Assembly (NCBI RefSeq): GCF_000143415.4
Contig: NW_003314261.1
Coordinates: forward strand, 5,896,653 to 5,960,652
Reading direction: 5' to 3'
Origin: Selaginella moellendorffii
Lineage: Eukaryota; Plantae; Lycopodiophyta
Length of the DNA: 64,000 nt
Shown here: positions 38,920 to 51,896 of the stretch, in pieces
How positions within the stretch are numbered: position 1 is the stretch's first letter
Layout of the letters: each line of letters opens with the position of its first letter
Position numbers and translations under genes: made by a program
The notes under the pieces: model-generated
Database searches by the model: none
Seen by the model: only the letters and a program-made list of their open reading frames with translations
What the model was told of the DNA's origin: nothing

Positions 38920-39023
38920 AGTTTGTAGTTGAAACTCCATTTTCTGTGTTCAAAGACGTCAAACAGAGAGCAACTGTTGCAGGGGTGCTGCATTACGAAG
39001 AAAGCTTTCATTTCAGAATGTCT

Positions 39024-39395
39024 TTAAATCATTGTGGTGATGTCTCGGCCGGAAATGCACATGGCGGGCGGGGCCAACTTGAGGCGGGGGATATATGACA
39101 GCATATTTGCCTTGAGCTTCCATATCATGTCCAGTCCTACGTTGAGCACCGGCAGAGAACCTGTCTGGGATCTTTAAGAGAGCACCACCACTTGTCTACA
39201 CACAAAGAAATGGAGTTAAAAAAACATAGAGAATAATGAGAAAACTTGCAAAGTTTTTTGTATACCAGAGTTCCTGGCTGTTGAGAGCTGAGATGTAGAA
39301 CGCAGGCTTGGTGCCGACCAAAGTGCATCGTTCCCTGCGGGAATATGGTGATATCACCTGGGTACAAGAGGTTGATGTGTGGTACTCCTGTCTCA

Positions 39396-39467
<72 letters not shown>

Positions 39468-39837
39468 GATCGGTCGTATTTCCTACCGGTTGTATCTACA
39501 AATCCAACTTGAAATAGCCCACCAGAGACCATCATGAGGAGCTTGGAAGTTCGAGGGTGCGTGTGTGGGAGATTGACTCCACAGGGAACCATGTTAAAGT
39601 GGACATAAGTTATCCCTTTGAGACCTGGAAAAAAAAGAAAGTAAAACCATGAATGGATTATTTATTGTGGTATCAAGAAAAGGCAAAGAGGAAGAAATAT
39701 ACGTGATTCCCGAAATTGCTGAGAGCTCCGGATCCCTCGAAATATCGCAGCAGGTCAGGGTCGGCAGCACTCATAAACACGTTGGTGGCGGCAGCACTCA
39801 GGATCGTCACCACCAGCATCAACTTCTTGGATTCCAT
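39024..39837 (-). pseudogene. Germin-like pseudogene (inverted paralog of 9917-10807)
   Basis: MVPCGVNLPHTHPRTSKLL; same intron positions and microsatellite intron; internal deletions; catalytic E replaced by K. Confidence 0.88.
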
Positions 39838-40036
39838 CAAAGAAAGATTATGTCGATGAGATTATTAGACTTCGAGAAGACTGTGAAGAGCTCCGGCTGC
39901 CAAGATTTGAAAATGATGTTAGACTAAACTCCTTCTATGACAAAGTCGTTAGAGAGTTTGATCAGAATACGGTTTTCACAGAGCCATTCTAGTCAGGAAA
40001 ATTACAGTTTAACTATCAAACGACTTCACAAGAAAT

Positions 40037-42409
40037 TCAAGCGTCATCCTCCATCTCTGTGTCTTCATCTTGTGTGTCAAAGTCGTCCTCATCATCTTCC
40101 TCGACTTCCACTGCAAAGATAACTCAACAGTTGGTGACTAAACGAAAGAATGAAACGAAGCTTACGTCCATGGCCGACTTTGCAATCATCACATATCCAG
40201 ACCTCCTCGTTTCTGTAGCTTGTACATCCCACGTGGTACCAACTGTTGCAGAAGCTGCAAAGCACTTCCTCCGGAGTCTTGTCTTTGCCACATTGTCGAC
40301 AAAACATGTCCACTTTGCCTCTCAGTTTTTTGACCCGCTTATCAATAGAGCTCAACGCGGAGTGCAAATCTCCGAATAGCGTGAACACTTCCTCGTAGTC
40401 TGCTTTCTTATTCTCAGGGATGTAAGCGGATTCTTCAAGGTCGGAAAGAACCCAGACGAGAACCTTTCTTCTGGAGTCCCCTTCAAAGATCTTTTTTGCG
40501 ACTTCTTTGGTGTGACGATGAAGCTTCACGGCATCTTTAGCAACGGTGATCTTGAAGACGATGAGCACCTGCTGGTCGGCATAATACACATCGGCTCCAA
40601 TGTGATTGTAGTTCTGGTTCACGAAGAGCGTCGGACTTCTACTCACCTTTTTCAAGCTGACCATGGATCGCCTCATCTTGTTAACGGGCACAACCTGGAG
40701 ATGGTGACTCAGTGTCACATTGGCCCCTGTTATGCCGACGTTGAGAAGCTTCAGGGCAAGTATTGTGGCTTGCTCAGCATTCCACCCAATGGTGCACATG
40801 TTCCTGCTTTTTGAGATACCCTGCGTGAAGAAGCGAACTTCTGCTTCCATGTCGCGGTCCTGCTTCCTGCGTAGCTCTTGAGCTAGCCAAACATAAGCAA
40901 GCGTCTGCAAATGCGGCGTCAGACAGTGACCTTTGCCGTCAGCACCGCGATAGTAACACCTGGAGTCCATGGCCTCGGATAGAACAGAGATGCGTCTCCC
41001 TGCAATAGCCTTAAGGAGCTCGTTCCGAGTCCGTCGTCCATCACTGTTGTTGACCGGCTTCCAGATGACTTCAAACAGCGACTTCTCAAGTCCCTTTACT
41101 GTCTCGCCCAACAGGTACTTGCTTGAAAGGCGCCCCTTCTTTAAATGGATCCAGTAATCAACCAGCCAAGGCACTGTGCCAGTCAATCTGTAGTCCAGCT
41201 CTTCAAAACTCATGCCCTGACGTTTCAAGTAAACTCCGAGCTCCGTGAACTGTCGAAAAACAAAATTGAGCTCAGCGGAAGTAAAGAATGACACTTACGT
41301 TAAATCCCCCCACGCAAGTGTGGAATTCTACTCCAGGAGTTTTTGAAATCTCATTCCTCAAGAAGCTCCTCACAGAGGCACAGATGACTGTGGTGCACTC
41401 GAGAGGGATTTCATCGACAAAGTCGCGTGCAGCCGTCTTCCGATTGATTACAGACGGTGAATCGTCATTGCTCACATCCATCGCATTTCCATCGTCAATG
41501 AAAATGAAGATTTTCTCCCCCCGTGTACGTAGGAAATGAAGAATCTCTGGGGCGTCCTCGTTCGCAGCTATCAGTCGCTTGTGACAGCCGGCTCGTGGAT
41601 ATAGGCCAAAACCAAGGCTTTGTATACTGCTCGCACCGGATCCTTCGCAAAATAGTTTCCAGCCAGAAGTAAGAACCGGCATGTCGCAAGATCTGGCATC
41701 TTCGTTTCCTTCTTAGCAAGCTGGTTCGCTTCACCTTGGCTGGTAATCTCTGGTTGCTTGCTGGTAATGATTGCTGGTATCTCATGTTCACCCGGTGCCC
41801 CCATTTTTAGCGGAATCACGCGAACGTCCAACAAGTTGCTGGATGGACAAGGCAAAGTTCTCGTTAGACAATGCATGTAGAGCTGCAAAACAAGAGGCCT
41901 TACCTTGGGACATTGACGGTAACCTCTGGCTTGATCTCTTCACTCTGTGGTAACCCTTGCGTTTCCTTGAGCTGTTTGGCCTTGATTGCCAAGTGCGACT
42001 TGACAAGCAGAAAGCCCACTCCAGCACAAATGCTGACAGTTTTGCCAAACCCGGGTGTCCCTGTGATGTACTTAGGTTTCGCAAAGGGCAGCCCCAGCCT
42101 GGGATGATCATCCCTGTTGCTAAGAAATACGAAATCTATGAGATCCTTCGTCACCTGTCGACCCATGTAATCAAACTCTCCCAAATTTCCACTCATGTCC
42201 GGAGCCAACAGCCGGCACCACGTTTCGTTGCTCGTTAAGCTCTCCATTGTCAGATGCCCAAAACATTCCTCCAATCTCACGGAGAATGCCCAAGCTTCCT
42301 CGAACTCATCCATGACCTTACTTCTTTTCTCTGTAACCACAGATGGGAACTGTGCGAAACGCTTACCGCTTCCGCTGAGCTCCGCCATAGCTTTAGGTTT
42401 AGAAACCAT
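40037..42409 (-). pseudogene. P-loop NTPase + REase-like + PHD gene, copy 1 (1-nt frameshift near 41583)
   Basis: Near-identical to copy 2; gctgtcacaag versus gctgttcacaag shifts the frame in exon 2. Confidence 0.75.
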
Positions 42410-42734
42410 GAGCCCTAAATTATCTTTTTCACAGGTTTGGGTTCGAGTCTTCGTGAAGACAATGCCTTTGTGTTAAAGTCGTGTACTCTAGTAACCCTGT
42501 CACATTGCCACTTTAATAATCCCTAACTTGGGACCCAGCAGAGGCCTAGATTTACCAGTCGAGTAATATACAATGGCAATACATCTTTCGGATCTAATCC
42601 GAAGGACCATTAAAGGACATGATGGTTGCAGTGTTGGTGGATTTTGAATCAGCAGCCTCCAGTATCAGATGCTTGGTGGTTTCTCGATGTGAGTTGCCAT
42701 TGTCTCCTGCAGCCCGAGTTTTTCGTGTATTCTA

Positions 42735-42960
42735 AATGTCATCCAAAATTGCATCCATATGCAATCTTGTTTGTCTGGTGGTTCATCCTCACTGCTAAAT
42801 TCTATACCAATGTCTTCCATCCTAGGATCAGTGATGCTCCGATACCATATTGTGAAAGCAATCATAACCTAAATCTCTCTTCTCTATGAGCAGTTGTGAC
42901 CCTAGATGACCTACCACTTAACATATCATATGAGGACCACAAATCCTCAAAAATACCCAC
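42735..42960 (-). mobile_element. LTR-retrotransposon fragment: LTR end + tRNA-Met PBS (42836-42847)
   Basis: Minus strand ...ttcaCA-ata-TGGTATCGGAGC. Confidence 0.6.
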
Positions 42961-42979
42961 GCAACTTGATAGAAAGAGG

Positions 42980-43061
42980 CAAGTACGGGAGGAGGCGAGC
43001 AAGAAAACTGTTACATAGGCTTTACAGGAAAAGGATTGAACATTGTTGGAGAGTTTGATTT
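42980..43061 (+). pseudogene. Fragment of DUF1853 exon 3
   Basis: Matches ~6988-7074 (gagcaagaaaactgtt..caggaaaaggat..gttggagagtttgattt). Confidence 0.75.
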
Positions 43062-43449
43062 AAGATCCATAAATAAAGCTAAACAAGTCAGGGACGGATC
43101 ACTTTAATAACAGTATACATACAGGAAAATGACAGCTCAAAATATTATTATTCATATCCATTACAAAAGTTTTCTCATTTGCAAAAAATCTTTACAGTTT
43201 ACTAGATATTCTGTTATATCAAATTTAATGATCGATTCAATTTAATAAATTAATTAGTGTTCAATAAATCTCAATATGATATAAATTAAGTACCAATAAT
43301 ATACACAAAGAATGTCAGCCTATTAAGAAAATGTTACTAGGGTATACAATCCCATTACCTCATATAAAATGGTAAATTGGCAGAAGTGATTATATACTTA
43401 AGATAAAAGTTTTAAGTATTGAAATGAATTATAATTATTATTCATTTTA

Positions 43450-45750
43450 TTTGAAAAATTTTTATTTTTTAGCTAAGTTAAAAGTAAAAAATTGTTACTC
43501 AACTTGAAGATATTCCCAATCATTATTATATCAACTTTAAGCACATTTTGTTATTTGATAAATCTAAATATCAAACTTATTTTATTTGTAATATAGATAG
43601 TTTTATAAAAACTTTTAAATAATTAAACTTACCATTTATGATGCTTATGTAACCAAGAAGAAATATCTATTCCAAAAGTATGAATAAATATTTGAATTTT
43701 TTGTTCTAAAGTTTATAAGTTTAATGAAAATTTTATTTTTCTTAACTTGTTCATTATTTATATAAAAATGAGAAAGAGACATACAAAACAAAACAGTAAA
43801 AAAATAAATTAAAGATCCAGTTATTCAAAAATACTATACCAAAAAGTTCTTGAGTGTCACTAATCATGGTGATAGTGTTATTGATAACACAACAAAAAAA
43901 CAATTGTTAAAATATTCTACTGTCATATTGGTAAATAATCAGAATATTCCTTGATTATAAAAAAATATAAAGTGCTAAAAGATGATGTTTGTTATTCTTA
44001 GCTTCATTATATTTTACCACTACTTATTAAGGAGGTTTTTTCTGTGTTTTGACTAATTCTAAAATGTTTGAAATAAATCTTATAGTGATAGAAATTCATT
44101 TATTAGTTAAAAATTACAAAAATATGATGAAAATTACTACTAGTTTAAGATTTTTTAATAAAAAATATTATTAGATCAACATAGCATTCTCTAATAAGGA
44201 AATAAAACAATTTCATCATAAATCTTAAAAGATATATCTCAAGCATTAATCTCACTATAATCTAAACTCTTAATTACCTTAAATAGATAAGTGAGAGTAA
44301 ATTAACAAACATTAAAATTACTATATTAATACCATTTAACCTATTTGGAAATAATGTAGTACACGTGATTAGTGTAATTATTATAGTAAATAGAGATTTA
44401 TATATATAAAAAACACAACACTAAGTTTTGATTATTTTTGGTTTTGTTTTATTTTAAATGTTAATGCAGGATTTCGACCAGTCAAACTCGTCTTGGAATT
44501 TCCTCTGGTCAAATAAGGATAAATCCAACTTCTGCTATGTTAGCATCTCCTGATAAATCCAACTTCTGCTATGTTAGCATCTCCTGATACCACTGTTATT
44601 TCGATTGTTGTTTCACAGGGTGCTGCAGTTACTCCTACGCTCACTCCTCAACCAGTTTCTGGATCTGGAGCTGCTGGGACGTCCACTCATGCTCAAGCCA
44701 CTCCAGACTCCAAGGATGACCTGGCTGTTCTTCTGAACACCGATAGCTCTTCGGTGATTCCTACTTCGGAAGGCACTTCTGATCTCGCTGATGCTATCAC
44801 GAGCTGCTATGACAGCTCCAAGAAATCATTCTTGGAGAGTCTTAACAGCCAGGCATCAGAGATCAAAGCCATTTCGAAGTTGGAGGAAGTTCTGAGGGAT
44901 ATCCGCAGAATTGGAGAGTGAAGCAGCCTAAGCTCAAGACCAAGGATCCCGATGTACAAAAGGAACTCAATGAGCTAGCTGGCTTTAAGCACACGGAGTA
45001 CCAACTCACGCTCCTCAGTCTGCTGCTTGACGCTCGGAAAAAGGAACTTGTGATTTCTTCCGGGCAGGTCAAGAATGCTTGCAGGACATTCGGCGATCAT
45101 CTCTTGGACATCGTTCTAACTGCCCTACAAGACATCTCCAACCCAAGCTCCAGAAGTCTTCTTCAGCGCGAGCTAGCGACGATGGTTTATGCCAAGAGAG
45201 ATCTCTTTGTAAAAGACGTCGTCTTTGCTCAAGCTAACAGAAGGCTTCAGGAACAGAATCGGCAGAACGCTGAGGATGCTCGCCTGGCGGCACAGGACAA
45301 GGCAAAGTTGCTAAGCTGAAGAGTGCTCCTCTGAAAGACACAAAAGGAAAAGAAAAAGCCCAGTTGTGCCCTAGGATGATGTCATAGATTTGATTTGAGA
45401 AGGCAATTACCCGCAATGGTGATAGGTTCTGAGGTGCAACGGGAAGTGTGCTTGATGTACCGACAATGCAGATGTCGTCTTGTTATCGCCATAAAATACA
45501 CGAAAAAGGAGACAATGGCAACTCACATCGAGAAACCACCGAGCGTTTGAGTCCACCGAGAGATTGGCCTCTGGATCGATACTGGAGGCTGCTGATTCGA
45601 AATCCACCAACACTGCGACCATCATGTCCTTTAATGGTCCTTCGGATTAGATCCGAGAGATGTATTGCCATTGTATATTACTCGACTGAGCAAGGGTAAT
45701 GCGACCATCGCTAGAGCAGGGTCTCATTCTCCAACTTGCTATGATAAGCC
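43450..45750. repeat. Left arm of a large imperfect inverted repeat
   Basis: Reverse complement of ~49885-51110 and ~51880-52880. Confidence 0.85.
44571..45319 (+). pseudogene. Unknown helical/coiled-coil protein gene, frameshift near 44900
   Basis: Overlapping ORFs 44571-44921 and 44918-45319 are a single frame in the inverted copy (50302-50949). Confidence 0.5.
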
Positions 45751-47259
45751 AATGCGCAAGATCTGGATCACGGGCCTGGACGGGGATTGCAGAACATGGA
45801 TGTATTCAAGATGGCAAGATGCCCATGACTACACAGAAACAGAAACGAGAGCAGGATCACGAGCAACAAAAGATACAAGTACAGAATCCAGCACAGGATG
45901 GAAGACCCTATACTGGAGGCTAGAAACTAGAGTAACTTTTTCTGGTTTGAAGTTCAAGAATAGATTAATTCCCCTTTTATCCATGGTTGGGTTAGGCTAT
46001 AACTCTAAGGTTTGGGGTTCAATTCTTCTCAAATTTTTTTCCTAGAAGTTATATGGATCAAACCTACTTTGTTTAAATCCGTGTTTTTCAAATATGGTCA
46101 AATTTTCAAAGTTTGAGAAGAATGTCGTGTTTGCATTTGAAAATCATGTGAACTTTAAGTGAGGTTTTTATAAATATCAAATCTTTGTTGAAAAAGGACT
46201 TAAGATGGTGGAATCTTTGAATTTAATATTCCTAGCTTTTAACCAACATGTAAGTACTTTATTTCCCGGACAGAGTTCTTCAAAAGCGTTAGTAATCTCG
46301 AATATGTTCCTCCCTCTGCACATCCGCTTATCAAAAAAGCCCTCGAGCGTGTCAGGAACAGACTTGTCCATGCAATCGACTCTTGCCCTCCTAAAAATAC
46401 ATCGCTCCTAAAGCTGAAACCAACAATAAAAAAGAACAAAGAAGAAGACCAAAAATCTATAGGAAAAGAACATACCTCCATTAGGATTAAAAAAAAGGAT
46501 CAAATTGGCCAGGAAATACAAACAAAGCTCCGATGAACAAGAACCTTTAAGAACAAGAACATGATCCTTTTAGGTTTGCTTCTCCATTTATAGTCATAGC
46601 TGATTCGAACAAAAATAAAGAAATTGAACTGTATTCTATAAATTTCATTGTTCCAAGCACAAGCCTCAATTGCAGAAGTTCGTGAAGCAAATGTCTTAAA
46701 TCTTGGCTTAAACTTACATGTTCTACCAAGCACAAGCGTCTGACTGTCTGGTCGTCCTTTAAAAAATACTAAGATTCTAAACAAGAAATACATGTATTAT
46801 TCACTTCTTGAATTTGTAATTCAAAAGCATTTAATTTTTTATTTTTATTGTCTACGTCCAACCACAAGCCTCAACTCATTGCAGAGGTTCAACAAGCAAT
46901 GCCTAAAACCTTCACCTCGGGCATAAACGTACACCCCCATGCAAACCTAGTTGGGCATTCAGTGTTGGCAAAAACAGTAGCTGTTGTACCAACGAGAGCC
47001 TCCCGACAACTTTGTCAATGCACGACATAAGTACGGTAGTTCAACCAACAACTAGCGACAACAAAACCGAGTTCGGCACCACTACCATGCTGTTATCTAT
47101 GTATTCACCTGATTGCAGTTTTCAAAGCTGGAGGTCCATATACTTTCAAATCCTTGGGGCGTGAGACTCGGGCATATGCTGTCAAGCTCAAGAAAGAAAA
47201 ACTGTAACTATCAAACGACTTCACAAGAAATTCAAGCGTCATCCTCCATCTCTGTGTCT

Positions 47260-49608
47260 TCATCTTGTCCCCCATGCAAAGTCGTCCTCATCATCTTCCT
47301 TGACTTCCACTGCAAAGATAACTCAACAGTTGGTGACTAAACGAAAGAATGAAACGAAGCTTACGTCCATGGCCGACTTTGCAATCATCACATATCCAGA
47401 CCTCCTCGTTTCTGTAGCTTGTACATCCCACGTGGTACCAACTGTTGCAGAAGCTGCAAAGCACTTCCTCCGGAGTCTTGTCTTTGCCACATTGTCGACA
47501 AAACATGTCCACTTTGCCTCTCAGTTCTTTGACCCGCTCATCAATAGAGCTCAACGCGTAGTGCAAATCTCCGAATAGCGTGAACACTTCCTCGTAGTCT
47601 GCTTCCTTATCCTCAGGGACGTAAGCGGATTCTTCAAGGTCGGAAAGAACCCAGACGAGAACCTTTCTTCTGGAATCCCCTTCAAAGATCTTTTCTGCGA
47701 CTTCTTTGGTGTGACGATGAAGCTTCACGGCATCTTTAGCAACGCTTATCTGGAAGACGATGAGCACCTGCTGGTCGGCATAATACACATCGGCTCCAAT
47801 GTGATTGTAGTTCTGGTTCACAAAGAGCGTCGGACTTCTACTCACCTTTTTCAAGCTGACCATGGATCGCGTCATCTTGTTAACGGGCACAACCTGGAGA
47901 TGGTGACTCAGTGTCACATTGGCCCCTGTTATGTCGACGTTGAGAAGCTTCAGGGCAAGTATTGTGGCTTCCTCAGCGTTCCACCCAATGGTGCACATGT
48001 TCCTGCTTTCTGAGATACCCTGCGTGAAGTAGCGAACTTCTGCTTCCATGTCGCGGTCCTGCTTCCTGCTTAGCTCTTGAGCTAGCCAAACATGAGCAAG
48101 CGTCTGCAAATGCTGCGTCAGACAGTGACCTTTGCCATCAGCACCGCGATAGTAACACCTGGAGTCCATGGCCTCGGATAGAACAGAGATGCGTCTCCCT
48201 GCAATAGCCTTAAGGAGCTCGTTCCGAGTCCATCGTCCATCACTGTTGTTGACCGGCCTCCGGATGACTTCAAGCAGCGACTTCTCAAGTCCCTTTACAT
48301 TCTCGCCCAACAGGTACTTGCTTGAAAGGCGCCCCTTCTTTAAATGGATCCAGTAATCAACCAGCCAAGGCACTGTGCCAGTCAATCTGTAGTCCAGCTC
48401 TTCAAAACTCATGCCCTGACGTTTCAAGTAAACTCCGAGCTCCGTGAACTGTCGAAAAACAAAATTGAGCTCAGCGTAAGTAAAGAATGACACTTACGTT
48501 AAATCCCCCCACGCAAGTGTGGAATTCTACTTCAGGAGTTTTTGAAATCTCTTTCCTCAAGGAGCTCCTCACAGAGGCACAGATGACTGTGGTGCACTCG
48601 AGAGGGATTTCATCGATAAAGTCGCGTGCAGCCATCTTCTGATTGCTTACAGACGGTGAATCGTCCTTGCTCACATCCATCGCATTTCCATCGTCAATGA
48701 AAATGAAGATTTTCTCCCCCCGTGTACGTAGGAAATGAAGCATCTTTGGGGCGTCCTCGTTCGCAGCTATCAGTCGCTTGTGAACAGCCGGCTCGTGGAT
48801 ATAGGCCAAAACCAAGGCTTTGTATACTGCTCGCACCGGATCCTTCACGAAATAGTTTCCAGCCAGAAGTAAGAACCGGCATGTCGCAAGATCTGGCATC
48901 TTCGTTTCCCTCTTAGCAAGCTGGTTCGCTTCACCTTTGCTGGTAATCTCTGGTTGCTTGCTGGTAATGTTTGGTGGTATCTCCTGTTCACCCGGTGCCC
49001 CCATGTCTAGCGGAATCACGCGAACGTCCAACAAGTTGCTGATTGACAAGGCAAAGTTCTCGTTAGACAATGCATGTAGAGCTGCAAAACAAGAGGCCTT
49101 ACCTTGGGACATTGACGGTAACCTCTGGCTTGATCTCTTCACTCTGTGGTAACCCTTCCGTTTCCTTGAGCTGTTTGGCCTTGATTGCCAAGTGCGACTT
49201 GACAAGCAGAAAGCCCACTCCAGCACAAATGCTGACAGTTTTGCCAAACCCGGGTGTCCCTGTGATGTACTTAGGTTTCGCAAAGGGCAGCCGCAGCCTG
49301 GGATGATCATCCCTGTCGCTAAGAAATACGAAATCTATGAGATCCTTCGTCACCTGTCGACCCATGTAATCAAACTCTCCCAAATTTCTACTCATGTCCG
49401 GAGCCAACAGCCGGCACCACGTTTCGTTGCTCGTTAAGCTCTCCATTGTCAGATGCCCAAAACATTCCTCCAATCTCACGGAGAATGCCCAAGCTTCCTC
49501 GAACTCATCCATGACCTTCCTTCTTTTCTCTGTAACCACAGATGGGAACTGTGCGAAACGCTTACCGCTTCCGCTGAGCTCCGCCATAGCTTTAGGTTTA
49601 GAAAACAT
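47260..49608 (-). CDS. P-loop NTPase + REase-like (PD-(D/E)XK) + PHD finger protein, Crinkler/CR-type architecture, copy 2 (apparently intact, 4 exons)
   Basis: Walker A ITGTPGFGKT, Walker B IFIFIDDGN, TGTVP, NYNHIGADVYY..LIVFQISV..H, PHD C4HC3 (CRQC..CSFC..WYHVGC..WICDDC), acidic tail exon; GT-AG introns restore one frame. Confidence 0.75.
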
Positions 49609-49884
49609 GAACCCTAAATGCTTTTTAATTATCTTTTTCGCAGGTTTGGGTTCGAGTCTTCGTGAAGACAATGTCTTTGTGACTCGCTAGTAACCCTGTC
49701 ACATTGCCACTTTAATAATCCCTAACTTGGGACCTAGCAGAGGCCTAGATTTACCTATGTAGTACTCATGGTCTGTTACTAATTCAAAAGCAGTGTATCC
49801 ATTCCTCTACGTCTTACCATCTTTTCTACTCGGGGTCGTATGGACATATCTAATACTGAGTCTCACCCTTGCCCAGGCACATTC

Positions 49885-51854
49885 GCTTATCATAGCAAGT
49901 TGGAGAGTGAGACCCTGCTCTAGCGATGGTCGCATTACCCTTGCTCAGTCGAGTAATATACAATGGCAATACATCTCTCGGATCTAATCCGAAGGACCAT
50001 TAAAGGACATTGATGGTCGCAGTGTTGGTGGATTTCGAATCAGCAGCCTCCAGTATCAGACGCTCGGTGGTTTCTCGATGTGAGTTGCCATTGTCTCCTG
50101 CAGCCCGAGTTTTTCGTGTATTCTATGGCGATAACAAGACGACATCTGCATTGTCCGTACATCAAGCACACTTCCCGTTGCACCTCAGAACCTATCACAA
50201 GGAACTACCATTGCGGGTAATTGCCTTCTCAAATCAAATCTATGACATCATCCTAGGGTACAACGGGATCACCAGAGCTTTTTCTTTTCCTTTTGTGTCT
50301 TTCAGAGAAGGAGCACTCTTGAGCTTAGCAACTTTGCCTTGTCCTGTACCGCCAGGCGAGCATCCTCAGCGTTCTGCCGATTCTGTTCCTGAAGCCTTCT
50401 GTTAGCTTGAGCAAAGACGACGTCTTTTGCAAAGAGATCTCTCTTGGCATAAACCATCGTCGCTAGCTCGCGCTGAAGAAGACTTCTGGAGCTTGGGTCT
50501 TGTAGGGCAGTTAGAACAATGTCCAAGAGATGATCGTCGAATGTCCTGCAAGCATTCTTGACCTGCCCGGAAAAAATCACAAGTTCCCTTTTCCGAGCGT
50601 CAAGCAGCAGACTGAGGAGCGTGAGTTGGTACTCCGTGTGCTTAAAGCCAGCTAGCTCATTGAGTTCCTTTTGTACATCGGGATCCTTGATCTTGAGCTT
50701 AGGCTGCTTCACTCTCCAATTCTGCGGAATCGCTTTATCCCTCAGAACCTCCTCCAACTTCGAAATGGCTTTGATCTCTGATGCCTGGCTGTCAAGACTC
50801 TCCCAGAATGATTTCTTGGAGCTGTCATAGCAGCTCGTGATAGCATCAGCGAGATCCTTGAGCATGAGTGGACGTCCCAGCAGCTCCAGCTCCAGAAACT
50901 GGTTGAGGAGTGAGTGTAGGAGTAACTGCAGCACCCTGTGAAACAACAATCGAAATAGCAGTGGTATCAGGAGATGCTAACGTAGCAGAAGTTGGATTTA
51001 TCAGGAGATGCTAACTAGCAGAAGTTGGATTTACCCTTATTTGACCAGAGGAAATTACTGGTCGAAATCCTGCATTAACATTCAAAATAAAACAAAACCA
51101 AAAATAATCAAACAAACCTGCAAACAAATTCTCCAGGAGTCTTGTTTGGACCATAAAAGGGCTGGGCTTTAGATGTTTCATAGCTGTTACCTTCACCATT
51201 TGGATCATCCGGCAAAGCAACCTCTAAAAAGATTCCTCTCGGCCAAGAACAAGAAGGATGGGCATTGTTTACCTGCATTGTGGAGGGCGATCGAGAAAAG
51301 GACGAGGAGGGCGGTGCCGCCATCGACTCCATTGGATCGAGCTGCTCTTTCGAAGCTCGCCGCGCTCGCTGGGATGATCGAAGGAGGAGGAAAGAGAGAG
51401 GATGAGATGATCTTGGGCGCCCTTTAAGGCGAAGGCCAAGAAGTGTCAACAGACAAATAGATGGGTAAAAATTAGGCTGTGAGTCGGTCGGATGAGCGGG
51501 CAGGTATTTTATAGTCAGCGCATTGTCTTTGACAAAAAGCCGTAGTGGTGCGTTGCTATTTCTTTCATGGCTCCAGCGTGATCAAACTAACTATAACAAA
51601 AGGCCTTGATCATTTACCCCTTTCCAAAGCAAAAGTATAAACGTCCAACATAAATAATATTCTAACTAAAAGAGCCATTTAGTGTACTTCTAAATTTTTT
51701 AAAAACTTTTCTTTCTAAGCTTTTCATAATACTGAGTATCTCATGTTGTCTGATTGCAAAATATAATATTAACTACAATAATCCCCATTAATTGATAAGA
51801 AAAAATGTACTCTTAATCATGAGTCTTAAACCTATAAATTTGAACTTATTCTGG

Positions 51855-51896
<42 letters not shown>

